Source: Octopus vulgaris (taxonomy: Eukaryota). Taken from it: a stretch of 64,000 bases of DNA. Of this stretch, positions 13,530 through 27,699 are shown in pieces. Location: the NCBI GenBank assembly GCA_951406725.2, contig OX597816.1, forward strand, positions 117,552,001 through 117,616,000. Direction: 5' to 3'. The stretch's first letter is position 1. Each line of letters opens with the position of its first letter. Both the position numbers and the translations under genes were made by a program. The notes under the pieces were generated by a model, which worked only from the letters and a program-made list of their open reading frames with translations, was not told where the DNA came from and searched no databases.

Positions 13530-13918
13530 TTTTAGCTTTTACTTGTTTCAGTCAGTAGACGGAGGCCATGCTGGGGCACGGGCTTCAGGAATTTTGAGTC
13601 GAAAGATTTGACCTCAGTACTTATATTTTTTTAAAGAACTTATTCTAACTTTTGCAGAACCGCTAAGTTATAGGGACGTAGACACACCAACAGCGGTTGT
13701 CAAGCGGTGGTAGGGACAAATACAAAGACTCGTGCGCGCATACATACTCGTTCACGCTCAAACATACGATGGGCTTCTTTCAGTTTCCGTCAACCGAATC
13801 CACTCACAAAACTTTGGTCAGCTCTAGGCTATAGTAGAAGACACTTGCCCAAGGTGTCATGCAGTGAGACTGAACTCGGAACCATGTGGTTAGGAAGCAA
13901 GCTTCTTACCGTACAACC
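13530..13918 (-). mobile_element. SINE family A
   Basis: Reverse-complement match: ttttacttgtttcagtca...cttctttcagtttccgtc...aagacacttgcccaaggtg...aaccatgtggtt. Confidence 0.8.
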
Positions 13919-15036
13919 GTATATCTACATATCTAGATAAATACACACGCATGTACACACATACACACATGCGCTCACGATTGTGTGCATGAATGCATGT
14001 GTAAATACGCGCATATTAGACAACGTAGGCTTCAACGAATCTTTTAGAATTAAATCCTTTAATTTTGGTGGAAACAAGCAAGATGGTTGGTTGTATGTGA
14101 AAGAACTTGAAAATATTAACTTGTAACCCTTAAAGTAACATTATGCTATCATGATACTGTGTCAAATTGTCAAATGAATAACGTGTATGTGTGTAAACTA
14201 CAATTTGTTATTGACAACATGTTGGTTAATGTTACTGCAGCAGAAATATAAAGTTAAACAGCATACTCTAGAAAAACACCAGATAACAACCATTTTAAAA
14301 GAGATTGTGTGAAAATGTGTGAATAAAAGCTAGATAATGAAAAGTTATCAAAGATTGAAATCACGCAATCAAAGAAACGAGAATAGAGCAATCTTTTAAG
14401 AATTGACTTCAAGCCAATCAATTCTTTTAAACGAAATAATACGTAAAAACAAACGTAATTCAGATTTAATTTTATCTTATTTATATTGCGGTTCCTTTTG
14501 TTGTCATTTCGAATTCACATATCTGAGTTATAATGCAACTGAGTATCAAGGTTCTTTTTTTTTCTTTTACAACAGAGAATATTCATTTACTGTTTTTCTT
14601 AGTTGGTTAAACATCTTTTATATATATTCAGGATTTTTTGTAAGATTTCTGTAGTTTATAACAGTGTTTATCTCCCTTGATCTTATTTTATTTTCACAAA
14701 CAACTTGAAATAAACTGCATATAACAATTATGATCGATAGAATTTTTTATTTTGAATTTAGGTTGTATATAAAACATAATTAGAATCAAACACACACACA
14801 CACACGCACACACACACACACAAATATATATTTATAGATTTAAAATATTTATAGATAAAAAATACGCATACACACACACGTATGTATGTATGTATGTATG
14901 TATGTATGTATGTATGTATGTATGTATGTATGTATGTATGTATGTATGTATGTATAATGTATGTATGTATGTATGTATGTATGTATGTATGTATATATGT
15001 ATATAGATGCATGTCCATACATATATATGCAGGTAG

Positions 15037-15423
15037 GTGGAGGCGCAATGGTCCAGTGGTTAGGGCAGCGGACTCGCGGTCGTAGGATCGCGGTTTCGAT
15101 CCCAGACCGGGCGTTGTGAGTGTTTATTGAGCGAAAACACCTAAAAAGCTCCACGAGGCTCCGGCAGGGATGGTGGTGATCCCCGCTGTACTCTTTCACC
15201 ACAACTTTCTCTCACTCTTACTTCCTGTTTCTGTTGTACCTGTATTTCAAAGGGCCGGCCTTGTCACTCTCTGTGTCACGCTGAATATCCCCGAGAACTA
15301 CGTTAAGGGTACACGTGTCTGTGGAGTGCTCAGCCACTTACACGTTAATTTCACGAGCAGGCTGTTCCGTTGATCGGATCAACCGGAACCCTCGTCGTCG
15401 TAACCGACGGAGTGCTTCCATCC
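15037..15423 (+). mobile_element. tRNA-derived SINE (family D), intact, with 10-bp TSD
   Basis: A box ggcgcaatggtccagtggttagg; B box ggtttcgatccc; TSD atgcaggtag at 15027-15036 and 15424-15433. Confidence 0.85.
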
Positions 15424-15494
15424 ATGCAGGTAGACACACATACACATATATAGCGATTTACGTATCCTACTTAATGTCAATATATCATTGAAAG

Positions 15495-15709
15495 AAGGCG
15501 GCGAGCTGGCAGAAACGTTAGTACGCCGGGCGAAATGCTTAGCGGTATTTTGTCTGGCTTTACGTTCTGAGTTCAAATTCCGCCGAGTTCGACTTTGCCT
15601 TTCATCCTTTTGTGGTCGTCAAATTAAGTACCAGTTGCATTCTGGGGTCCATCTAATCAACTAACCCCTCTCCCATAAAATTTCGGTCCCTGTGCCTAGA
15701 GTAGAAAAG
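15495..15709 (+). mobile_element. SINE family B with 16-bp TSD
   Basis: TSD aatatatcattgaaag at 15479-15494 and 15710-15725. Confidence 0.88.
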
Positions 15710-15988
15710 AATATATCATTGAAAGGCAAATTTACTGGGGCATTCCTCTTTTGTACATACTGTGTTTAAAATCCTAATATATATAGGAGAGAGAACAAAA
15801 TCGTCCCAGCAACGGCTTGCGAAAACACCTGATGCATTTTGAACTCGTTGGGTATTATCAGTGTGTGTACTCACGACCAGATATATACTTGGACGAGACT
15901 TGTTACCTCTGATGTGTAGGAAACAGGAAATAAAACATACACTGGTATTACCTATAGTCACCCAGCTGAACATAAGACCGTCATATGC

Positions 15989-16253
15989 AATAGCTATTTA
16001 CGTATCATACTTAATATAATTACATCATTGAAAGGCAGTTTACTGCGGTATTTGTCCTGAGATAACATTTCGAGACGTGCTGCGCGGACTATTTCGTCTT
16101 CATACCCCTACCCAAACGCTTATTCATACACATACACACAGACTGTGTTTTTAAACACAGCTCGCTCTTAAGTGGTGTTATCTCTGGACGAATACCGCAG
16201 TAAATTGCCTTTCAACGGTGTATTTACATTAAATATCGTACATAAATAGCTAT
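15989..16253. mobile_element. MITE-like element with ~95-bp TIRs
   Basis: aatagctatttacgta...ttgaaaggcagtttactgcggtatttgtcc mirrors ggacgaataccgcagtaaattgcctttcaa...tacataaatagctatt. A second partial copy at ~15450-15745 is split by a SINE. Confidence 0.65.
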
Positions 16254-16286
16254 TTTAATATAATACTGCTTCTATTGCATATAACA

Positions 16287-16344
<58 letters not shown>

Positions 16345-16567
16345 CTAAAACATTATATGTGTGTGTGGGATATGTATATAAACGCACATATATTTTTGTG
16401 TGTGAGTGTTTCGGTTCACCATGATAAGTAAAAAAATTGAAGATAGTTTTACAACATAGACTTTATCTCATAGGGAGCAACCAAATTGAATTGATCAATG
16501 TTTTTTTTTTCTCTTACCTTTGATTGACTGGCTAAGAACTCCATAAAATTGTTTATGGAAAACATGT

Positions 16568-16662
<95 letters not shown>

Positions 16663-17005
16663 TCAATATTATCTAACAATGTTATGTCGTGTACTATGAA
16701 TCAATGAATTAATCTCTCTCATTCTCTCTCTCTCTCCTTACTGTACTCTGTACCTGTTCATCTATTTATGTATACCATAAATACATGCCTGCCTGCCTAT
16801 CTACCAACCTACGTGCCTACCTCCCCATTATATATATATATATATATATATAAACACGAACACACACCCACACGGACGCCCACGCACGCATGCGCGCGCA
16901 CACCCACCAACACAAACGTTTTTTATTACATGGTTTAGAATCTCGAAAGATAACTATTGTGTTTAAACGAGTTGTTTGAATATTTACATCAGGGTCTATA
17001 TGCAT

Positions 17006-17157
<152 letters not shown>

Positions 17158-17641
17158 GCCTATGTATGTATGTATGTATGTATGTATGTATGTATGTATG
17201 TGTCTTGGTGTCTGTCTGCATGGTAGTATGTCTGTCTACCGTCCTTCCTGCCTATCTTTCTATGTATGTATGTATGTATGTATGTATGTATCTATCTATC
17301 AAGTAAATGCCTGAAAAAAGAAAAAAAAAGAAAGCGTGTATGTCTCTGTACACTTTCTCATACGCAACCTTTCTTTTCCTATCACTCTCTCCACCCCCTC
17401 CACTTCCTCCACCTCTTTCTTCAAAACACGCCACACAAATTCTTCTAAACCGTTCCATCTATTTTAAGAAACACGCATTGAAATTCTCTAAAACGCTTTT
17501 TCGATGTCTGAATGACCTTTTTTCTGGTAATGTGAACATGTGTACCTGTCTATCTCCGATTAGGAGGAGATTTTGTGATGTGTGTGCGGTAGGTGAATGT
17601 GTGTGTATATGTAAGGGATAAAAATTTGTGTATGTGAGTCC

Positions 17642-17696
<55 letters not shown>

Positions 17697-17725
17697 TTAC
17701 ACACACACACACACACACATACACA

Positions 17726-18095
17726 TAATTTTATTTGTTCAATCATTTGACTGCAGCAATGCTTGGGCACTTCCTTGAATAATTTTTTGTCGAACGAATC
17801 GACTCCGGTACTTTAATTTTAAACCCAATACTTATTTTTTCGGCTCCTTTTGCCGAACAGCTGACTTACAGGGACGTAAACAAACCGACAGCAGTTGTCA
17901 AGCGGTGTGGTGGGGGACAAAGACACACACATACACACGATGGGCTTCTTTCAGTTTCTGTCTACCAAATCTACTCACAAGGCTTTAGTCAGCTCGAGAC
18001 AATAGCAGAAAACAGTTGCCCAAAATGCCACGCAGTGGGAATGAACCCCGAACCATGGAGTTGGGAAGTAAACATTTCATCACACAGTTATGCCT
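17726..18095 (-). mobile_element. SINE family A
   Basis: Reverse-complement match; abuts the mariner TIR. Confidence 0.75.
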
Positions 18096-18100
18096 TTATA

Positions 18101-19378
18101 TTGGGTCATTCCATAAATAATGTGGTTTTTTAAATATTTTTTTATTTTTCAAAATTAAGATTAGCAAATTTCTTTTTAAATCTAAAATATACCCTCCTTC
18201 ATTTTCTACAATGCTCTTCCATCTGTCAGGTAGACTTGCAAGGCCCCTCTTCCAAAATTCACTTGTTCGTGACGAAAAATACTCCTCCAGTTCTGTTCTG
18301 ACCTCGTCTACAGATTCCATATTTTTTTCTTCCGAATAATTTTGAAGACTGCGGAATAAATGATAATCAGATGGAGCAATACCCAGCAAATATGGTGGGT
18401 GGGGCATCGTTTCCCATTCAAACTTCTCCAGTCTTTGGAATGTCATTCTCGCTGTATGTAGCCGAGCATTTTCCTGATGGAAGAGCACCTTTCGTCTTGA
18501 AACCAAAAATAGTTGTTTTCCTTCTAGCACTGACTTAAGCCGTTCAAGATGCTCGCAGTAGATCTCCTTTGTTATCGTTTGGTTTGAGTTTCAAAGTTCA
18601 AAGTGAACTAAATCTTTCATATCCCACCAAACAGATAACACCTTACGTGGGTGAAGCCCTTCTTTAGCCTGGGGTGCCGGTGTTTCTCCTTTCCCTACCC
18701 ACTGTCTTCGGCGCTTGATATTTTTAAAGAGAACCCATTTTTCGTCACCAGTCACAGATCCATCCAAAAAAAAAACGTTCATTCGTGAGACGTGACAGCA
18801 AAGAAAAGTACACATTCACTCTCTGTGCGCAATTAGACTCGGAGAGTTTGTGAGGAACCCATTGACCAAATTTGCTGACTGGCACACAGGTGTCAATGAA
18901 TGGTTGAATAACCAATTCCAAGCTTCTCTGCAAGTTTCTCAACAGTTACGATGTGATTTTGTTCCACCAGGGTTTGCAGGACGTCCACGTCGAGCTCTAC
19001 AGATATTCCAGGACGAGGCTCGTCTTCTAGGTCGTAGTTTCTGGCTTGGAATTTCTGGAACCACTGTTGATACTGGCTTACGCTTATTGTCTGATCCCCA
19101 TATACTGCATTAATAGTCTTCGCATTTTCCTTTGCATTGTTGCCTTTATTGAACTCATAAAGCAAAATATGCCGAATATACTCCTTTGTCACTTCTATTA
19201 TAGCTTTGAAAAAATAACTTAAAATCGAACTGCATTCTTCAAAACTTGCTCTATGAATAAGTACAAGGTAAAACAACAACCTGCCTTTATAGCAAGTTGA
19301 TGCAGGTAATTTATCCAATCCCCCTGTAACTTTACATGCAATTGAAAACAAAACTGCATTTTTTATGGAATGAATTAA
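18101..19378 (-). mobile_element. Full-length degenerate mariner (DD34D) transposon
   Basis: TA-flanked TIRs ttgggtcattccataaataatg / cattttttatggaatgaattaa. Transposase motifs HILLYEFNKG, WFQKF, PRPG, WVPHKL, VTGDEKW, FHQENARLH and HPPYLLGIAPSDYHLF; frameshifted. Confidence 0.92.
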
Positions 19379-19397
19379 TATATTCATATAGATATGC

Positions 19398-19482
<85 letters not shown>

Positions 19483-21971
19483 CATGTGTACCAGTTGTAG
19501 GACAGAATTTCGTTCGGAGGTGCACGGAGATTGCGTCTGATGTAGAAGTTACTTTCACTAAAGCAGTCGTGGTTACCTTAGTGGTGCATATAGTTGTGTT
19601 ACTGTTGATTGATTAAGAAATAAACGTAATTTAATAATGACGCTACTGTTTGAACTCAAGCAGTGGTGTTTACAATGTGTTACGATATTATCATTGTTGT
19701 GTATTCCTGTGGTATGTGCGATGTCGGCTGATCAACTAGGCTCAACAAACAAATTGATGGTTCCAAATATACATTCTTTGTCTAATTAAAGGACCATGTT
19801 GTCTTTAGTGAAGTTCACTCAGTTGCGTGCATGCGGACCAAACTCTGTGACAACAACAATATCAATTTCATCATTCTGTGAGGACCTGTAAATGTCATGA
19901 ACACTTTCCTTCTTCACCAGGACAACTTATTAAAGTTACTCTCACATGCAGTGGTAAATCGTACAGAGTGCAATATGCTATGCTTTCTTTATGGTTGTCC
20001 AGTTTAATTCTGTACTCCTGTTGATTCTCATAGTGGCCACTGGAGGTGGTCAAGTTTGTTCCGGTTAGAGCGCGATAGTAATTACTCTACTGTAATTATT
20101 GTCGACGGTGAGCATCACAGCACACTGCTTCTGGCTGATTGCATGCATTTAAAAAAATATTATTTGAACTGACAATAATAAATCTTAGAGCGAGTTATAA
20201 ACAGTAGCTGCAACACATCGTGACGTATATTTGCCATTTAAATATGACCCTTAGGAGTTAGCCATATTTAAATGGCAAATATACGTCACGATATTTGAAC
20301 TGAGTAGTAGAGTTATTGTTTTAGGATGAAATAATGTATCTAGGTGTCTTGGAGATTATTTTTGTAAGTAATGGTAGAGGCTGCGAGGGTTGGAACATGC
20401 TGCCGTAACAAACTGCATGCATCGCATGTACAGATGGGTTTTCATTTTTATTATTTTCGTTTCATTGAATACTTGGTCTATGAGTATGATTTGTACAAGC
20501 CGTGACGGTGCGAAAGGCAGTGTTTGTGTTCTTTGTGGCTAAATGCGATTGGTTGTAGAGAAACATTAAGACCCAAGTACGACTGTCATAGTTCTTGTGT
20601 CTTAATGTATTACTTGTACACTATTGTTTTTTTCTGTTAGCGAAACGTGATATCTGTTTGTTTGTCACTTAGCATTCCTTACTACACCATGTACGCGCGC
20701 TCTGAATATAATGTAAGTGTTGCATATAACTCCTATTATTTTTACCTTCTACGTGTACGGCGTGCTTATTTGAGTTACGGTGTTGTTCTTGGGATGGTTA
20801 CTTGATGGAATCGTTGGTGAGATTCATGGTGGTATGTGTATATTTACTTCACTATTGTGTTTCACATTGTTGGTTTTATTTTGAATGTGTGCGTTTCTTA
20901 TGAGTTTGTCGTCTCCTATTTTATGCTCCGAGTGCCGTTTGTAGTATCTTTGTACTGGATGTACGATTGTTTGTATATTATGAGGTCTCTGTATATCTGA
21001 TCTGGATATTTGCCATCCATTCATCAACTCACACATTCATACATACACATAGTAGAGCAGTTCTACCTCATCGGAATGTAATTTTAGATTCGCGGTGTCC
21101 TTTGCCGAGCTTGTGATATTGTTTACGGTCTTGTAGCAATATGATAATGAACTTTTTGTACTTTCATAAAGGTGTTTGTTGTTTTAGGTCGTTAATGTTA
21201 TATAATATAGCTGTATATTTAGAATAGTTGTACTGTGTTTACGCGGTGTACATTTGCTATTTTTATTATGTGTATTTTATGAGAAGTACTTGGCTTTCGT
21301 ATATTATGTGTGGGGGCTGTAGATTAAGCGAAGGAAATAATGATGTTATTTCCGGTTTTGTTAACTTTGTTTTGACTTGTAGTTTGTTTATGTGAGTGTT
21401 TTGTTCTTTATGTTACCTGTTTACATATTCTACGTTATATATATTGTATTTTTGCTAGATGCGCTTATCTCTTGAAGGATTTTAGTATGTTTCGTATAGT
21501 CGTCGATTTTAAATTCCTTATATTCCTGATAGAAGAACTGACGTTTTTCTATTTCTCCGAGTCAGTTTTAAATATTTTGCTACGTACGTTCAATCATTCC
21601 GTTTATTTTTCATACACATATGCGAACTAAGATAACCTAAAGTGAAGCTTCAGGGAGATTTAGTTGCTATTTCTAACAATTAACCATCCATGAAGTACCT
21701 TCCTTGCTGGGTCAATGTGACGAAAGTTTGTTACGTTAAATGCTGCTTCTACTGTTTTGTTGTTAAACAACTAGACTAGCTGAAGCTTACGATGATAAGT
21801 CAATAGATTAATAATTGGATGGTAAAATAACCCCTCTAAGTAAAATGCAGGTTCGTTGGGTTCACTCTAATATAGTGTGTGCGTTTGTTTGTGCATACAT
21901 ACATACATACATACACACGTATATACATGCATATATGCATACAAACATTTATCTATCTATCTATCTATCTG

Positions 21972-22056
<85 letters not shown>

Positions 22057-22081
22057 GTCCGTCACTGTCTCTCTGTCACTG

Positions 22082-22161
<80 letters not shown>

Positions 22162-22461
22162 ACATAATCTTTATTAATGCACTTCCATATAATCGTTTTG
22201 ATGTTGCATGAGATACAACTTGCGTATGAAATGTCAGAAGTGGGTGTAAGAAAAGTAGAAAGTTCAAAAGTGGCTGGAAGAAAAATATCAAAGTAAAAAG
22301 TGAGTGGAAGTGAGATCACTTTGAGATGTGGTGCTTCCTACGATCTAAACTCTATTTTCTTTTCACATTTTTTTGTAATTTGTTACAGTAAATATAAATT
22401 ATTTGTGTGAATAAGACCTCTGCCTATTAATTGATCACCTTATTGAAGAATAGATAATATT

Positions 22462-22522
<61 letters not shown>

Positions 22523-22526
<4 letters not shown>

Positions 22527-23010
22527 GTAAAATATGAAAAATCAGCGAAAATGCATATTGCAGATAGAAAAAGGCTATTTATGACAGGTAGTGACAAATA
22601 TATACATTTAGATTGACTGAGGTAGTAATACGAGTCATAAAGGTTATTATTATGAGATGATTATAAGAAGTTGATAATAAAGTAATAATAAAGTAAGAGA
22701 CCGAAACGTACCAATTGGTTTGCGCGTGGGCTATTCATCGTGGGCTATTCAAACGATGAATAGCCCACGCGCAAACCAATTGGTTCGTTTCGGTCTCTTA
22801 CTTTATTATTATTATTAACTTCTTATAATCATCTCATAATAATGACCTTTATGACTCGTATTACTACCTCAGTCAATCTAAATGTATATATTTGTCACTA
22901 CCTGTCATAAATAGCTTTTTTCTATCTGCAATATGCATTTTCGCTGATTTTTCAGACTTTACCCTTACATTTCCACGTGTATTTTATATTTTCTTTTCGT
23001 AACATATTTC

Positions 23011-23013
<3 letters not shown>
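22523..23013. mobile_element. Palindromic insertion (~215-bp arms) in (TA)n; probable PLE pseudo-LTR
   Basis: Arms 22523-22740 and 22754-22966 with few mismatches. Right arm extends ~47 bp further; (TA)n on both sides. Confidence 0.75.
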
Positions 23014-23062
<49 letters not shown>

Positions 23063-23084
23063 AAGTAAAATATAAAATATATAG

Positions 23085-23480
23085 AGTAGTACGAGTTGCC
23101 TTGTTTTGGGTTGCTTTCAGAACATCCTTCATCGAGTTGAAGGCTCTCCATCCTACTCTTACTCTTCGTGAGATCTCATTCTCCATCACTCGCCTCATAA
23201 TCACTTCTTGACAGAGATACACATAGCTGATCACTTTGAGAGTGAAGGACGTTGTCGCAGAATACCACCAAGCAAAGCTACGATTAGCCAGTCATGTCGC
23301 AAAATTCACACAATCAGTGGGCCCATGCAGTTGTCGAGTGCTACCCGCGCGCGCGGAAGAGACCAATCAGAAGACCTTCAATCAAGTGAGAAGATTTAAG
23401 AAAAATGTTTAGAGGAAAACGTGGAGGAAAATGATGAGAGCACGAAGGGAATGGAGCGAACGCTGTAGCCAGCGGAGCCG
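23085..23480. mobile_element. RTE-clade LINE fragment with internal inversion
   Basis: Minus strand VYLCQEV...ENEISRRVRVGWRAFNSMKDVL. Plus strand immediately after: AKLRLASHVAKF...RARKRPIRRPSIK. Confidence 0.6.
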
Positions 23481-23599
23481 ACTCAGCACCAGATAGCCTA
23501 GCCAATCCAGATGATTCAGCTGATCTAGGTGATTAAATAGAGTACAATACGACAACCGCGCACTCTATAGCCATGCAAAAAATCAATGCTGTTAATGGG

Positions 23600-25815
23600 A
23601 GCATAATTTGAAAGGGTTCCACTAGGGCAACTGGGATCAAGTTACAGATAACATAGAGCAATTTGGATTTAAGTATAAGTGTCTCCTACGTAACCTGTTA
23701 CTCACGACATTTGAAAACGAATTGTTTCGCGTAATGCGTAGGACTAGTTCAAGAACCACATTAGTCCCTTTTTAAAAAGACCTAGAACATCAAGGATATA
23801 TGTAACATGAGGATCATACAAGTCTATCAGATAAAACTGAGAGTTTGTATCAGGTGGATAAAACTTTTTACAGTAGTTTCATGCACAATGTTATGACAAA
23901 TACCAATAATAATAAGAACCATAGAACTTTGAAGGAGATAAATATTATGGGATAAAACATTGATTCTATGTGTTCGACCGAACTGAACCACTAATTACGG
24001 AAACTCTCCACTACACTCCCATGAACTTGGCAAACATTTACGATTAAAGCTGATGCAGATAAAAAACAAGTAAGCTAATTTTTGATAAATTTACCAATAA
24101 AATTGGATCAATAGTACCATTAAATTTTTTAATCATTCAGCTTCACTCAACTGGTTTAAAAACAAGAAAGTAACAAAATTTGTCAAATTTAGCATCCAAG
24201 ACTATTACTCTTCGATCACTTTACTGTTAATTAACCTCACTATCAAATTTGCCGAGTCCATTCCTACAATTAACAACCAAGAAACCGAAACAACTGTACA
24301 GGTTCGGAAATTCTCGTAGATTCTAAACATGGCCAATAGATGGATAAGACATCTAGAATACTAACTGATGTTAACATAGGAGCGAGTGACTCAGCAGAAG
24401 TCACAGACTTTATTGGATTATATATTCTTTCCAGACACCATATTTTCCCAACATTGAAGGGGATTGTACGCAATGATAGTTTACATATTCTCACTAATTA
24501 CACTCTACAAGCTTAGAAAGATTTTGAATGGATATCAGGAATTTTTTTCAAGAACTGTGGAATTACTATCACTGTTGATGCTAATTCAGTAAAAATCTTA
24601 TCTGAATCAACGACCTCCACAATCATTGTAGATAATCAAAGGAGACACTTAACTACATCCACAGACTGTCAAACCAACCTACTAAATTACAAAATTTTTA
24701 GATATGAACGTTTTTCTGTAACTTTCTATTATTTCAGCTAATGAAAAGATTTTTAATTACAACTCAAACCACTGTCATGAAGATAAAAGTGATTTTAGCC
24801 AAAAGAAAATATAACTAGGAATCTTAGAAACAGAATTGAAAAATCTGCTGATACAATTTCGACTATGGTAAACCGCCAGACTTATATTTATAATAGTCTC
24901 CTTCCTACTCACGAAACATTTCTGCACACAACATGGATATTATTCTATATTTAACATTAATACGATAAAACTAGCTTTCTGAAACACACCCAACTTCCAA
25001 CAAAATATTCCTTTGTTTAATGTATCCAGACTAGAACGAGACATTAGGGAAGATAATAGTAACCACAATTACCCCAATAAAAATCTATCACTATAACAAT
25101 AACAACAACTATGATAATAGTGATGGTAGCATAGTCGCCATCATCACTAACAACAGCAATAGGTATAGTAGTAATAATGATGACGAGGATTCTTTTTATT
25201 TAATAATAACTATTTTTGAAATAGCATAATGGTTTTTTAATAACAATAACAATAATAATTATAGCAGCAGTAATGGTAATCTTAGTAATGACGATGGATG
25301 GCAACAACCACAATAGTAATAATAATAATAGCATTAGCAATGACGGCAATGGATATTATGTCAACGCAATATCCATAGTAGTCATGGCATATAGCAACTA
25401 TAATTACAATTTTAACAATTCAAGTGCCTAACTTGGGGATATCATATTATAAATATATAATCAAAACTTCTAGCTCAATCAATGTATATATTAGAGAAAC
25501 TGTATTTAGTTTTTATGCATAATATTATTCTTACGCGCAGTCGTTTGGAAACCATGTAAGTACAAGTGCTACATCATTATCAAAATGCTTCCGGAAACTC
25601 AAAACCTCAAACACATCTTACCACTTGAATTGGAACATCTTAACTAAATTCAAAACCTTATAAGAGAAATAAGCAAATATGTAACTTCTGCATCACTGAA
25701 GCACCCGTAATCCTTTTCGCTAAAGTTCAGCTCATTAATGGTAATATGGTGAGGGCTTCCTCGTTTGTACATTGTAGGTACTCTACATACTTGCACTTTA
25801 ATCTAAACGAATAGA
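23600..25815 (+). pseudogene. Decayed Penelope-like RT + GIY-YIG polyprotein
   Basis: Fragmented motifs in order: NWINST..NWFK, KFVKFSIQDYYSSIT (24176-24220, RT motif A-like), VNIGASDSAEVTDFIGLYIL (24370-24429, motif B), GLY/RNDSL (frameshifted YRDD-like), NYIHRLSNQP, an Asn/Ser-rich tract, VYIRET, KPYKRNKQICNFCITE and HCRYSTYLHFK (parallels CNLCVSE...HWRRYTYLAFK at 42.7 kb). Ends at (TA)n. Left boundary approximate. Confidence 0.75.
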
Positions 25816-25923
25816 AAGACTATATTTATATATATATATGTGCCGATCGAAGCACATTGAGTACACACACACATACATATATATATGTGTGTGTGTGTGT
25901 GTATATATCTGTGTGTGTGTCTG

Positions 25924-25969
<46 letters not shown>

Positions 25970-25970
<1 letters not shown>

Positions 25971-26514
25971 GAGGGGAAGTTAAAAGTTATCCGCACTTTC
26001 ACCATAACATATCTTTATCGTCACACTGTCTTCTGCGCATGCGTCCATATAGTTGGTACTATCGTGGCCACGTGATTGAAGTTTGAGCCTAATCGCGTCA
26101 TTCATCGGAGAATTTAGCACAATACGGTGTAAAAGTGTGTATGAATGGATTGAGAAGTTTAAAAGTGGCCGGGCAAGCGTGACGCACGAAGAGGGAGCAA
26201 GACGCCTGTCAACCACCACCACTGACGAGAAAATTCAGCAGGTTCGAGAGATGGTAATGGTGAACCGGCAAGTTATCTTCGATTTGGTTGTCGATTTTCT
26301 ACGAATGAAGATGTGAAGGAAGCGGTGCATAAATGGTTACGCGACCAGCCGAAAACCTTCTTCTTGGAGGGAATACGCAAGCTTGCGGACCGCTGGATCA
26401 AGTGCATCGAAAACGAAGGAGAGTATACAGAAAAATGACGTACTTGTTTATCCCCTGCTTTTGTGTAAATACATTGAAAAATTACGAGTGCGTATAACTT
26501 TTGACTCTCCCTCT
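25970..26514 (+). mobile_element. Internally deleted mariner element
   Basis: TIRs cgaggggaagttaaaagttatccgcact / agtgcgtataacttttgactctccctct with TA flanks. Retains VYEWIEKFKSGRASV... and the C-terminal VKEAVHKWLRDQPKTFFLEGIRKLADRWIKCIENEGEY; DDD core deleted. Confidence 0.85.
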
Positions 26515-27569
26515 TATATGCAAGGAAATTTCCCCATGAATCTTTCGGACATTTGCATCTTTCTTACCTTTTGAAGTCTTCTGAGGTAAACAAAAGCGAC
26601 TACTAAATGCATATAGAAACCATTTCTTTAATTATTTGTTCGTTATTTTATTTATTTATTTATTTACTAAAAAATCAAGTTTAACTAAGATTAACATTTT
26701 GAATTCTACTCGGAATTTTTATTCATTGTTTCAGACATTATGAAACAGGAGTTTTAAACCCGAAACACAAATGAGTGAACGAATGAATATATAAATGAAA
26801 CTGACAACAACATGGGCATAGCGATACACTTGTACCGAATATTTGTCTTCTTGATGTCCTATTACAGAATCCTATATCAATATGCATTCCATGATCTAGT
26901 CACCTTCCTGTGATAACCATAATTTAATCAACTTTGCATTTATTAATTGATGAGGGATGAGAAGCCTTCGGACATAATATTCCTAATCAGTTAAGCACAT
27001 GTACTCGTAATGTCAATATTAAACAGCAAAACCGTCGTGGTTTATTAAATACCGAGAGCCGAATAATGATAGCAGAAATTTAGCCCGACATCGGTCAATA
27101 AAGAGATATATGTAGCAGAAATTTAGACATTACACCGGCCACATAGACCCGCTAACCACAACGTGTGTCGGTATAGCACTTTTGATGATGTCCATTGTTT
27201 AATTTAAGCAAGACATTAATACAACTAGATGCCTATTTCTATTTCTATATATAGGATCAACGCCAATAATTAATTATACCGAATATCTAATTAAACGAAA
27301 TACATGATCTCAGGTGTCTCACTACAGATTCATATGTCTTTACACATGAATACATATTATTTCACGTTGGCGTTACCAAATGTAGCTGTCAATTTAATAT
27401 AACTGTTGTCTGTTTATCTTTATGATACTGATATAGTTATTGTCTCCCCCGGTCTTTTTCCTTAAGCACACACATAGATCTCTGTCTGTCTGTCTATGTC
27501 TTCTGTCTGTTTGTCTGCCTGTCTCTCTTTCAGTCTGTCTGTGTGTCTATCTGCCTATCAATCAATCAG

Positions 27570-27672
<103 letters not shown>

Positions 27673-27699
27673 CCTTTGCTGCTATCCTTAATCATATCC

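Noticed and set aside
15040-15112. tRNA gene candidate
   Set aside because: It is the head of a TSD-flanked SINE; the acceptor stem is not intact.
19480-21610. Long GT-skewed segment that may be an ancient PLE/RT remnant, with a CTGATAGA...aactgac/gtcagtt hairpin near 21525
   Set aside because: No RT motif could be read with confidence; needs a profile search.
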